This document shows positions 1-12,157 of a stretch of 64,000 nt of DNA, one piece after another. Each line of letters begins with the position of its first letter. The first letter of the stretch is position 1. A model generated the notes under the pieces. It was not told the origin of the DNA and searched no databases. It saw only the letters and a program-made list of their open reading frames with translations. Both the position numbers and the translations under genes were made by a program. Source of the DNA: Camelus ferus (lineage: Eukaryota). Location: assembly GCF_009834535.1 (NCBI RefSeq), contig NC_045696.1, positions 52,268,001 to 52,332,000 on the forward strand, read 5' to 3'.

Positions 1-762
1 GAAGATATGCTTACAAAGAGTGGCAGTACAATGTGAAAAGTGATGTTATCAAGTTATGCATATAAAAGTCACACTGAGAATGTTCAGGAAGGATCACCTC
101 ACTGTCTGAAACAATTGGGCTAAGGCTTAACAAGTGGTAAGAATTATATGAATATCTGACAATCCCTGACTTCTTCACCCCTAATTCTAAATTGAACTCA
201 TCCCTGTTTGTGACTGGAATTTTTAAACTATTTTTAATATACAATGGGATGAGAGAAGGGGTAAAGTGAACACATCCTAACTTCTCTTTGAGTCGTAAGA
301 ATTGCCAAACACATTAAAACACAGATTTTCGTGCAGCTACTACAAAATCAGAGCTTGAAACAATTTGCCAAATATTTGCAAATGTCCTGTTCTTTCTTTT
401 TCACTGTGTCATGCATCAGTTATTCTCACAGCAAGAGGGACACAAGGTGGCACTGTCGTGCTGACATTTATTTCAGGACCCTTTCTAAATGGACAAATTG
501 GAAAAAGGCAAAAGGGCCTACTGTGACAACTAAAACCTTCTCCTAGGTCTTACCAGCATTAACAGTGGTCAAACAAGGAACAAATCATTTTGCATTTCAT
601 AAATATTACATCATGCTGGTATAGAAGAGAACACATTCTCTGATGGTTTCTGCAAAATACCATGTGTGTTCATAGATACGTTCAAACGCATATAGTGCAG
701 CTTTGCCAATAGAAAGTCAGAAGTGAGCTGTTTACCATGGGCCAGACCATGGTCATGGACCA

Positions 763-781
763 CCTCTCCATCTAGTGGCCA
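763..781 (-). promoter_or_regulatory. Candidate CTCF site
   Basis: Minus strand TGGCCACTAGATGGAGAGG versus the CTCF core CCASYAGRKGGCRS; mismatches only in the last positions. Confidence 0.4.
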
Positions 782-1083
782 GTGGGGAGGAATGTTGTGT
801 TTCATTCAATTAAAAGCAGCCCTTTTATCAGAACACCCATGGGCAATTATGTCACTTTGTCTGACAAATGACAATTTTTGGTATACTGTATTCACTGAAT
901 TATTAAATAGACCCAGTAATATAATGTGATATCAATTTAAGCTGAGGATAACAATAACCAAAAAATTAAAGTATGTATGGTCTCTCAGATCAGCTAAATT
1001 CCCTTTATTCTTCCATCATTACCAACCTAAACTTCTCTCCACTCATTTGTGATATATAGGTAGAAAATACAAGCAGAATTACA

Positions 1084-1139
1084 TGTGTGTTTGTGTATGT
1101 GTGTATATATATGTGTGTATACACACACACACACACACA
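1084..1139. repeat. (TG)n(TA)n(CA)n compound microsatellite
   Basis: Seen directly. Confidence 0.9.
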
Positions 1140-1202
1140 GCTATTTAAAATAGAAGCACATGATCTTTAAGTAAAAGAAAAATCTAAAAAAAGGTTTTGC
1201 TT

Positions 1203-1300
1203 TCATTTTACAGGCAAAGAAACTGAGGAACAGAGAGATTATGATTTATTCAAAATCATACAGTCAGAACCAGAAACCAGGCCTTCAAATTTAACCACTT
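1203..1300 (-). mobile_element. MIR fragment
   Basis: ttttacaggcaaagaaactgaggaacagagag matches the MIR core. Confidence 0.75.
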
Positions 1301-1857
1301 TAAATCCTTTTTAGCATTAGATAATGCCTCCTGTTCTCCAAGGCAGTGCTTTTCATTTGTTTGTTTGCTTGTTTGTTTTGTTTACCACACTATAGGATTT
1401 CTCTCAACATACTAGGAAAAACATGTTTCTAAAATTTTCATTCACATACTTTCATGATAAGTTGATAGGATTAGAACTATTGTATATAAGCCCTAGAACA
1501 TCTTCATATTCATGGGTATATTCTGAACCTGTTATAAGAACATGCTTTTTTAAAACTAAAGAATTATTCACATTCATTCGACATTTAAAAAGTAAAGCAG
1601 CAAGTGGGCAGGGAATGGGGTAGAATGTGCTAGTTAAAAATCACTATACAAAAATGGTTTCAGAAAGCCACTCTAAAAAGAAATCTGAATCCATTCAGAC
1701 TGATAGGAAGTTTACAGCAGTTTTTGTTTTGTTCTGTACAAAAGTTATTTAAGAGAGGAAACACGTGTATGCACGCACATACAAACACACACACACAAAC
1801 ATATTCAGTTGATCACTTCATCCACTTTAATTAGTCATGATGCTGTTCGCGGCATAC

Positions 1858-1949
1858 CTTGGGAATTCTTTGTTGGGAAGGCTTCTTATCAAAACAAATG
1901 AAATCTGTCCACCAACTATGAAAATCTGCTCACAACTCCAAACCCAAGG
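1858..1949 (-). other. ZBTB20: 92-nt leader exon (may also be the 3' part of an alternative first exon starting near 2.0 kb)
   Basis: Acceptor ctttttccttttaag|CCTTGG at 1950/1949 and donor AAG|GTATGC at 1858/1857. Confidence 0.6.
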
Positions 1950-1999
1950 CTTAAAAGGAAAAAGGTATGAAGAAAACCTGGCAGTGAATGTATTAGAAA

Positions 2000-4590
2000 T
2001 GTGATTCATTATGACTTTCTCTTCTATGATCCTCTCTTCGTGGTACCACTGGGATCTGTCTTGGAGTGGAGGAGGAATTTAGGTAGCTCTGGTTTAAACA
2101 GGTATAGGGAAAAGAGAGTGCCACGTTAGATATGTCAGATGGTTTTTATTGAGGGTTGAGCAGAAAGTCTTTTTCTTTCCTTACACATATATACTTAGAA
2201 GGTTCAAAAGCATCCGCTACCTCTACCCTTTGCTTTACTCATATTTTTATCTCCATTTGCTTCTTAATCATCTCTGTTTTCCTCCCCTCTAGAGATGAAA
2301 TGAGGGGATAAAAACCTTTGTTGATTTGAGAAACTAGAAAAAGTAAGAACTAAACCAGCTCTTTTTGCCCAGTCTAAAGCTGGAGTGATATGTGCAAACA
2401 TAAGAAGATGGGGATATTAGTAAATATGTGTAAACCCAAACTATATTTACTGGGTCAAAATGAATCTTAGTGTGTCCAGTATTTAAAAACAACTACAAAA
2501 ACAATAAACCCTATAGTATAAATCCACCCCTGAGACTATATTTGCCTAGTTCATATTTAAACAATAAAAGAGAGGACCATATTCTTACTTTTTAAATGTA
2601 TTGGTGTTAAACAAGGGGTTTCTGTTTATAATAATAACCATACATACTATTCACCAGAAAAATTACACAGCCTAGGACAGTCACAGTTTTCTGCTGTAAT
2701 AGTATTTTTTTTTTTTACTAAGTTTTAATTTGGTACCTGAGCAAACTGACAACACTACTTTAATTTTCTCCCACTTGTATTTCATTTACTGGAAAGAAGC
2801 TCATACTATAAAAGGAATTTGCCAACAACAAATCCCTATTTGATTACAACAGTAATTCAGAGAACATTTCTGAAAAGAAAGGTAAAAACAGCAAATATCC
2901 AGGCTCATTTAGTAAAAAACTAAAGACTCTAAACATTGGAGAATTAAAATTTAAATACTTTTAAATAATTTATATTTAAACATCATTTTTAAAAAGTTCA
3001 TATTAAAACTTTCTAAAGACAAAATACTATACTATGTATAAGATTCATTATCATTAACATTTTTTAGTTTCAATTTATTGGGCACCTTTTTAATTTCCAG
3101 AAACCCCAAACTCCATTAATTAGTTTTATATTTATTGAATGCAAATCCTTACATTAGTTATTTAATATGAAAAGCATTCTAATAAACTCAACATTTGAAG
3201 TGCATAATGTGTAATATGTATGTTAAATTCATCACACCTCGAGATAGAGGAATATTCAGTGCCAAAATTACTTCTGTTATCAAGAAGATAAACACATTAT
3301 ACTATAATTGCTACCCTCTCCATCAAAGTATCAAAGGTAAGACTTAATATTCAAAAATTAGTAATAATATCTTCAATTTCCATCTGGTAACTAGATGGAT
3401 CAATAAATGCAGCCCGCACTCCTTGTCTCAGTACACTCACTTGGAAGTCAGTAGCTAACTTTCCCTAAATTAAAGCAGTTATGTAAAGGTTGCATTGGTT
3501 AACTGAACTACAGAACACCCAGAGCTGTAGTTTCAGTTGAGTGTCAAAAGATTCCAGAAAGGCAAAGTCCATGTCCTCAAGCCGATTATTTTCAAGTGAA
3601 CTATAGAATCACAAAAAGACATGCTCCTGGAGTAGAAGAGAGGTTATAAAGCCAATGTAGAGCATAATTTGTCCACAGTTTAGTGCAGAAATCGCATGCC
3701 ACTTATTTATTATTACAGATAAACAGCTAGAGTGGCAGAAGAGTACTTTTTTCTTCTAGGCCCTTGAATGTTGTTACCAACATCTGCTGTAGTGGTTATA
3801 CATACATGATAGTAATAATAGATGGCATTATTTCTTCCCACAGCCCCAGAAGATTGCCTATGTTGAAATTAGAAGTAAGAGTTCAAGGAATATATTTTGA
3901 TACATTAAACATAATTGGCATCAATGTTATTTGATGATTAAATGTGTATTATCTATGTGTATGTATCTATGTTACAGGAAAACATAAAATTCAGGCATTC
4001 TCTAGAATTTCTAGGATATAGATATTGTCCTTGGGTTTTGGTAAAAGATTAAAAGGATTTTGCTAGTTATTTGGCATTGGCTGTAATCCCTGAGGATTCT
4101 GCAAAATGCTCGAAATTACTTAAGCGATTTTCAAAAAATTTGCAAATTTCAAGTTTTATCAGATAACCTAGGAATCGTATATGTGATTTGAAAGTTTGGA
4201 GCAAAGAATCAAATGGCCAGTGCTGACTGTAGTAAATAATATCCAGTGATTGCATAAGCTAACCAAAATGATTTATACAGAATATGAAAAAAATAATTTA
4301 AAAGGGTTGATTTCTGCTTTAATCCTGACACTTGCATGTACACATTTGCTCAACTGCTAGTGAACACTGTCCTTGATGTAGGGTGAACCAGTCCTATGTA
4401 AGCAATATATGATTTCTGTAACCTGTTTGCAAGAGTTACATGGCTATATGAATGAAAATATTTATGTTTTCTTTTCAGCGCTATGCAACTTGTCATGTTA
4501 ATTAGAGTTTCACTGGTTAAGGAACTTAGGATGAAGGTACTATTTTATTCTTTTGTAGAAGTTTAATAAAGTATTTTCCACAGAAAAATG
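2000..4590 (+). ncRNA. Candidate spliced antisense lncRNA (exons ~2000-2101, 3760-3874, 4479-~4590)
   Basis: Donor CAG|GTATAG (2101), acceptor ttttttcttctag| (3759), donor GAA|GTAAGA (3874), acceptor tttatgttttcttttcag| (4478) and AATAAA at 4565-4570. Supported by motifs only. Confidence 0.38.
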
Positions 4591-7500
4591 TAGTTTCTTA
4601 AAGTATATTTCTAAAGTGGCCTCCAAGACAAGTCAGCTCTGATATTCTTTATCAACTTATAGACCTAGAGGCCACCCTTGGGACTGAAGAAGGCTGGAAC
4701 TAGTGGCATTCAAAGAATGTCAACATCAGTCTTTCCTTTGCCAGAAAGGATCACTAGTTAGCACTATCAGCCAGATGCTGCTTCTACACACCTTGCCAGA
4801 CCCTGGTACAACATGTTTGTTCAGGGTCCGAACTTGGCTTCCTACGTGGCAGCATGACCAGCCGCTACTCACGCTTGGGCAAGTTCAAGAACACATCCAC
4901 TGATAATTTCTATATTTATAGAAAGCCAGAACATGTGTAGATAATCACACAATTGGATATTTATGAAGTGCCAGATTTTATGAATACGGGAATTTGTTAA
5001 TTAGCAAAAGGACTAATCATTAAAATTCAAAAATAGATAAATAAACAGGAATGCCATTTATTTGTTCACATTGCAGGGGAAGTATGCAGCTGCTATCCTT
5101 TTGATGAATGTAGGCTTCTGGAGAAAAATGTGAAGGAGAAAAGTATTTGCAAGTTTTGAAATCTTAATGAGTAAAATCCAGGAAATTACTATATAGTCTT
5201 TATATTAAAAATAAGCATAGTGATTCTTCCCTTGAGTTAAAAAAAAAAAAAAGTTTAAACCAGCATGTGCTTAGCATTTGAATCACTCTCTCTTGCATTC
5301 CACTATTTTGGTCCTTTTTGAGGAGCCAAAGCTGATTTTCATCGGATAGGAGTTAAAAAGCACACACACCCGTCACTCAGTACCAAATTGTTTTAGCTAC
5401 AGAGCATGACAAAGCATGGAATAACTGCTTTAGAAAACTTCCTCATGTGGGTGTGTTAGATAACTGTCTGCTCCAACATTAAAATGAAACACACTGTGAC
5501 CTGACCAAGACTTTAGGGCTTTCAACAGGCAGATTTCATGTGCTGATAGGAAGAGCCCATCATAACCAGCAAGGCTGGTTAACGAATTCTTCTGGCACTC
5601 TATAGCCCTCCTGTGATGCAAGCCTTTCAGCTTTCCAAATCCCTATATAGCAGAGTACACTGGTTTTAAGTTTACTTATGCACATTTTATAACGTCCTGC
5701 TGTATTTAGATTGTGACAGTCCCTCCCAGAAAAGGCCAAAATTATTTTTCATACTAAAAATATTTTAGATCTATGGAAAGCTAGGAATTATAATGCAAAA
5801 GAAAACAATATACACATTCTAAAAATCAAGCCAACCATAAAAATGACTAAATGTTTACTCTTTTATTCTTTCTAGAAGGTTAAAAGAAATTTTCATCTTC
5901 TCTTAAAAGCTTTTACATTTTTTGTTTGCCTCTAATTAACATAAATATGCTTAACATGAAATTTTAAGATGTGATATCTGCAAAGAATCTGTGATTTCTT
6001 TATCCATACGTGTATGAGAATATGTACATAAATGCAGTGTGCACAACAGATATCTCCACATATACATGTGCACAGAAAAAGAATTGTTGATCGAGAGATA
6101 TATTAAAGCCTTATTTTGAAAAAAGGAGTAGAATTTTAGGTAGTTCTCACAATGTTAATATAGAAAATGACAGGTGCGCACTTTTAACATATTAATTTGA
6201 AAACAAATTTTTAGGTCAGGAATCTGAAATGGAGAAAATCACATTTGAAACACCATATATTGTGTGCCAGATTAACATACACCTTGAGTAGACTCCCCCA
6301 GAGTTCCCCTTTAGGCCTTCAGGGTTAAAAAAAAAAAATCCCTGCCAGGACCTGACTGAGTGTACTTAGCATCTGCACTACTCTTGGTCAAAGCTGGCCT
6401 TTCCAGCTTAAAAGACAGTTCAGGCGACATAAACAAATTAAAAGTCTCAGAATAATTTTTCTAAAAGAAAGGAAAAAGACCTTTAGCAGCAAAAGTTCAC
6501 CACCCTCTTGGAATAATGGATTTTTAATAAACATTTTACTAGGTTTGAACCTTGAGAATGTGTTTGGGAATCTGCTCTAGAGTCCCAGGTGGGTTAAGAA
6601 TATTGCTTTATGGACTTCTTTGTGCTGTCAGAGAGGCCTAATGGAATTAAAAAAAAAAAAGAAAAAAAGAAAGTCTGCCACTTCGATTAAATAAATAATG
6701 TATTATGAAAAAGGTGATTGCTATTATCAAAGATCTCTATAGATTAGCACCCATTTTCTATCATTGCTTATGTATGTGCTGAAAACATTTGATATCTCAC
6801 CGTCTGATTTAATTTTTACCAAATGAAAAGCAGTTTTACTTTTGGACCAATGTGAATAAAACTCCATTAGACAAATCATTTCAAATGGACCTATTTAACT
6901 ACTCCTTTGAATTTCGAAGAACACTGTTGTGGGAAAACTCTTCAACAATGTCAGCTAGTTGTGAAATGCAACTTTTCCTACCATAAAAAAGACATAAATA
7001 ATAAAGGAAAAAGAAAGCACCTCAAAACTACATTTGAAATAATAAATACATTACTTATAGTTCCTGAAATGTTAAATGAATACTTACAGTTGTTGCTCAA
7101 GATGGCCTGATACACTTCATAGCTTCCACTTTGTAAAAAGATGGCCAGCCCCCTACTCCTCCCTCCCTAAGCATAAATAAACAGTAACATACTAAAAGGA
7201 AACTGTCCTAGGATAAAAACTGCTTGTTAAGAAAGTTTGCATTCTTACTAACCACAGTGATATCCCTATAAATGTACAAGTCCATGTGCAAAATAAAAGT
7301 TACAAAACAGAGTACCTTATTTCTTTCAAAATACACTCCTAGATGTAATATAGAAGAGTTTGTAATAATAAAAATAATTACTAGATTTTTACCCACCCTT
7401 AGTGACAACCCCTTGCCTTATGGCCAATGTCATCAAATAAATATACTGGCAAAAAGTATGCAACCTGTTTCAAGGATTTAAAATGTAAATATGGACTTTA

Positions 7501-8147
7501 AACTTCAATGTAAAACAAAGAACAAGAGTCTCACTTTAGTAATACCCACACTGTCACTGCAGCTAAAACTCACTGGCAGATGACTAACAAAACCCAGTTA
7601 GCAATAAATAAGGACAACATGATAATATAGACAGACAGATGGAATTGCATAAACAGACAAGAAAAGCAAAGAGACTAACAAACATACGGAGGGGTCTGTT
7701 TTAAAAGAGTGGAAGATACTGATTTATTTGGTACTTTAGTGAGAAAAATAGGTTTGTTTGTAATTATTTTTAAAGTAATTAAACTAAATCACAAGGGCAC
7801 ACCCTTAAATAGTAGGAAGAAAATTAATAGAGGATAGGCCTTCTATATATGTTCCAAATTTTAAGCTAGCAATAGCTCTGTCAAACTTAAATCTGGAAAT
7901 TAAAATTCAAGGGAGGAAGAATAAAAGCATTGGGGGCTAAAGGAGATGATAGGTAGAGGGGGGATTGAGCAAGCAGGATTTTTTTTATGAAAGTTGTCTG
8001 CCCTACCTTCTTCCCCAGCGCTGAGTTTCTCTTCTCATAATCGGTGTCTCCCTGGAAGTACAGTGTGAGTGGTAATGACTGCCTGCCTCCCTAATGAGTC
8101 CATTTTCCTGCTCTTGATGTTGTGTATATACACACACTGCAACCTAC

Positions 8148-8420
8148 CTTACAAACCACAGAGACGGGAAGAGAGAGAGAGAGCAAGAGAGAGGGAGGGA
8201 GGGGGGGCAGAGAGGGAGAGAGAGACAGAGACAGAGCAAGCGAGTGAGAGAGAGAGAAGAGGAGAGAGAGAAAGAAAAACAGAAAGAAACAGAGAGAAAG
8301 GCACAGACAAAGCCCTCCTACCAGACAGCAGACAGCCCTCCTTCCCCTATCCAGCAAAATGCAACTCGTCTAATGCAGCAACAGGTTCAGTATTGCCAGG
8401 CTAACAGAGTGAAAAAGGTA
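8148..8420 (-). other. ZBTB20: Candidate alternative first exon from a non-CpG, CT/GA-rich promoter (5' end approximate)
   Basis: Donor GTAAG|GTAGGT at 8148/8147. A long CT-rich tract lies upstream on the minus strand, and the surroundings are free of transposons. Confidence 0.5.
8160..8300. repeat. GA-rich polypurine tract
   Basis: About 140 nt of (GA)n/GGGA with very few pyrimidines. Confidence 0.95.
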
Positions 8421-10719
8421 TATTCTCTATATCATTACTGCTTGCAAATAAACAGTTTAAGAGCAGCTGGCTCCACCTTCTTTATTTATGCTCCATTATG
8501 AGGAATGTATTGTTTCGGTTCTGGCACACAGTACATGTAATTATCATAAATACATTTTTTGCATATTAGCAGGAAATAGTGAAATACATAGCTTATTTGT
8601 GCAATCATTTAAATTTATTTTTTTAATGTGAGAAGACTGTCAACAAATCTGCTCTGACAAAAGCTTAGTAATGATTTTAAAGTCAGAGCAGTCTTAAAGG
8701 AGGCTCTAAAAGAAACAGACTCCATACAATAGGAAAACTGATCTCAGACAAAACTGATAACTGGAAAGAAGAAATCATTACTCAGTAAATAAATCAAGAC
8801 CATAAGAGAAATTGCAGACAAAACAGAATTAAGTTTAATTAAGTAACTAATAGATTGGTACTCTAGAAGAAGGCAGATTGGTTTCTTATTTGAAGCTTCT
8901 ATCTGTGCAAACATCACAATGCAATGTACTCTGTGTGAACAGGTGCAATGCATATAGTACATAGTGTTACAACAACAGAAATAAATCCCATAAGGCACTT
9001 CCATCGCAAGCAGGACAAGATTTCATAGAATATGGATCTGAAACCAGAGCAGAAACCCCTTGTTCTTTTATTAGGAGGGAAAAATAAAAATAATCAATGC
9101 TTCTAAATAAAGCTTCTCTAAAAGAAAAATAAAAAAACAGTTTTTCTTTGTCTGATACCTCCAAACATTTTTTTTACAAATGAGAAGCAAAATAATGCTA
9201 ATATTGCACTCCTCACCCCATTACGTGTTTCTCCACCCCTTTCCCCACTCCCAGGTGCCTTTTCTCCTGTAAGTGATATATTTGCAGCTCTGGAATTACA
9301 AAGATCAGAAAACGATACTAGTTTCAAGCCTTTCTCCTTACCCCCCAATTTTTAAAAACTAGATTTTGCTAGTCTACCTAGACAGCTACCTTCCTTAAAA
9401 TATTTCTATAGTTTGGCTGTGTATCTTTTAGATGGGACTTAAAAACATTACAGTAGAGAGTAAATATTCTAAAGAAAATTTACATTAAAATGAAGAAAAT
9501 GATTGATTCTGACTTTTTCAAACCCTGCATTTGGGGACCAATAATTAAGTATATTAATTATAAAATCATCCTGTTTATATGGTTCAGTGTTTCACCATGC
9601 TTCAAAAATTAGGATGTGTTCCTCTGCATAGACTACTTCATTTATATAAGCATCAATTCCTTTAAAAGTTAGTTTTCAGTTAATAAAATAAATAACAATC
9701 ACTTCAATATACAACTTATTGCTTAACTATATCTTCACCTGATTCACAAATATCTTTCAGAATGACAGTTAACTCTTACGTCATGTTCACAACAGAGATC
9801 AACATTGCTTTAGCTAATTTAAAGGTAGATAACCCACAGCACAGAAATTAGAAGGTGATGTCTGGCCACTCTTAAGCAAACTGTCCTGGGAAAATTCTAG
9901 CAAGGAACCAAGAGTCCAGACTCTCCACTTTCATTGTAAACCACCAACTCTAATTCTCTGGTACTGCAATAGTGTTGTACCTCTCTTAAGGGTGGCTGCT
10001 TAATAAAGAAGGAACAAACATACATGAAAGGGTATGTAATGAGCCCTACTTTCGGTCATGAAAAATCTTTCTAAGACTCACTTAATGTGCTTAAGGTACC
10101 AGCATGCATCTCACCCCTTACTGCTCAGCCTGCAGTTCTGTTTCTACTATTGCCCTATTGTTTCTCTGAAGTTTTGTTTAAATGTATGAAGAAAAATGCC
10201 ACTTAAAAAAGCACACAAGCCACACAGTTTGACAGACTGATTAAAATGAGATATTAGTATGTCCTGACTTTTTAAAATAGGGTTCTAGGTATTTTTGTTT
10301 TGTTTAGTTTTTTTTAACCCGAAGAAAATAGGAAGACAATATTTGACTTCTACCAGCAGGAGTCGAAAGGAATATAGCTATTCACCTTTTCTTAAGAACA
10401 ACTAGCTATTTGAATTTAAAAAAGAAAAACAAATATTTTGGCTTAGTGAAAAATTCACAACCTCTCAACACTTCCTCCGTATCTGCACACTTTACTAGAT
10501 TCCAAGCACAATAAGTGACATATTCTTAGTACTTTCTGGAGTTCAAGATATACTTTCCCTGCTGGGACTGGAGACCCGTGTATTAAATAACCATAGCACC
10601 ACGTGAAACAATAATCCTAATTGACTATCAGACTCTGAAGTTACAAAGTTATTAAATTAAATTGTTTCATATGTTGATATGCCATGGGGCAATTTCATCC
10701 TGTAGAAAGATCTTAAAAT

Positions 10720-10830
10720 GGGAGTTAACAACTGGTTTTGGTCCCAGTGTCACCACAAGTAGTTTGTGCACCCTGGGCAAGTCATGTAACCATTCTCAGC
10801 TTCATATAAAAAATAATAAAGTTAAATTTA
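10720..10830 (+). mobile_element. MIR fragment
   Basis: ggtcccagtgtcaccacaagtagtttgtgcaccctgggcaagtcatgtaacc resembles the MIR 5'/core region. Confidence 0.65.
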
Positions 10831-10854
10831 AAAGAGAGGAGCTGAACTGCGTAA

Positions 10855-11112
10855 CATAATAATAATTATGATGATAGCTAATGCTTAAATCCTTACTACA
10901 TTCCATGCATTCTTCTAAGTACTTTGCATTTATTAACTTATTAAATCCTAACAATGACTCTATGAGGTAGGGATTGTTTTTAGTCTTATTTCCAGGTGAA
11001 GAAACAGAAAGGTCAAGTGACTTGCCCAAGATCACACAGCATAGCAGTAATAAAATTTGAACTCAGCCTGCCTGATTTAGGGATCATGTTCTTAATCTCT
11101 ATACTATATTGT
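10855..11112 (-). mobile_element. Near full-length MIR
   Basis: Tail (aat)n, ctatgaggtagg and ggtcaagtgacttgcccaagatcacacagc. Confidence 0.88.
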
Positions 11113-11670
11113 CTCCCAATATCTAATGCTAGCTCAGGCCCCATCTAGCCATAAGATTCTGTGGTAATGAGTCAAATCCAAAACAACCTGATGACTACTC
11201 ATACCTTGCTTACCAATACAGCATAGTGCAAATTTGCTCTTCTAATTTACACCCAGAGCTCTCAACACACTTGGTCTAAGAGTCTAACAACTCTGTTATT
11301 TAAAAGTTTACATACTCCATTCAATCACATTTTTTTGTTGTTGTTTCCAAATGTCCATAAATATGTGCTTCCATTTGCTTGAACTGGAAAATAACATGTA
11401 ATCAATAAGGCTATCAATTCATAAAGGCTACTTGCATTATATACAGGTCCCATAGATTATTCTCCTGAATGCCCTGTGTTTAAAAGAAAAGAAAAAGAAA
11501 AAAGACTACACAGTTCCAAGGTTCCTAAGTTCAAGTAAATCAAGTATCAAATAGTAATGCAAATAATTATTTAAAGAACAAAATAAATAATAAAGAAAAT
11601 ACAATACAAATTCTTATTTTCCATAGCTTGAGAAAGGCATGGAAAAAATCAAGGAATTATAAATTATGTG

Positions 11671-11758
11671 TAAATAATATCATATGATTTTATGTAGTTA
11701 GTTTTAACTTTGACTAAATAATATCATATGATTTTATGTAGTTAGTTTTAACTTTGAC
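11671..11758. repeat. Perfect 44-bp tandem duplication
   Basis: taaataatatcatatgattttatgtagttagttttaactttgac occurs twice (11671-11714, 11715-11758). Confidence 0.97.
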
Positions 11759-11839
11759 TTATTTAGAGATATATTCTGAAGACTTCTAATGACTCATTTT
11801 GCAAGAATTTACCCTTGCTCTAATCTTTGTGCATTACCT

Positions 11840-11965
11840 AAACTTATTTTGTGCCCACTATGTGCCATCTACTATACTTGAGGATGAAAAATGAAGATAA
11901 AACGTATGATGTAAGTTTCTGCTTGTGAAGGCTTCACGGGCTGCTGGGGGACAGACCTGTGAACA
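11840..11965 (-). mobile_element. L2 3' fragment
   Basis: gtgcccactatgtgcc...ctgcttgtgaaggcttcac...ggggacagac resembles the reverse L2 3' end. Confidence 0.55.
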
Positions 11966-12120
11966 ATATTAGTGCAAGCAAATAATCTTGCCACTACTTA
12001 ATGTAATATCCCATGTAATGCAGTGCCTTAAACTTTGTGCTTTTCCCTCAAAAAACTAAAAATGAAATAAAATAAAATAAATAAAAAATAACTAAATTTA
12101 AAATGTGGCACACGAAAGGG

Positions 12121-12157
12121 TGTGCATGTGTGTGTGTGTATGTGTGTGTGTGTGTGT
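12121..12157. repeat. (TG)n microsatellite
   Basis: Seen directly. Confidence 0.9.

Noticed and set aside
8069..8501. ORFs with RE/ER and LS repeats
   Set aside because: These are translations of the GA/CT tract.
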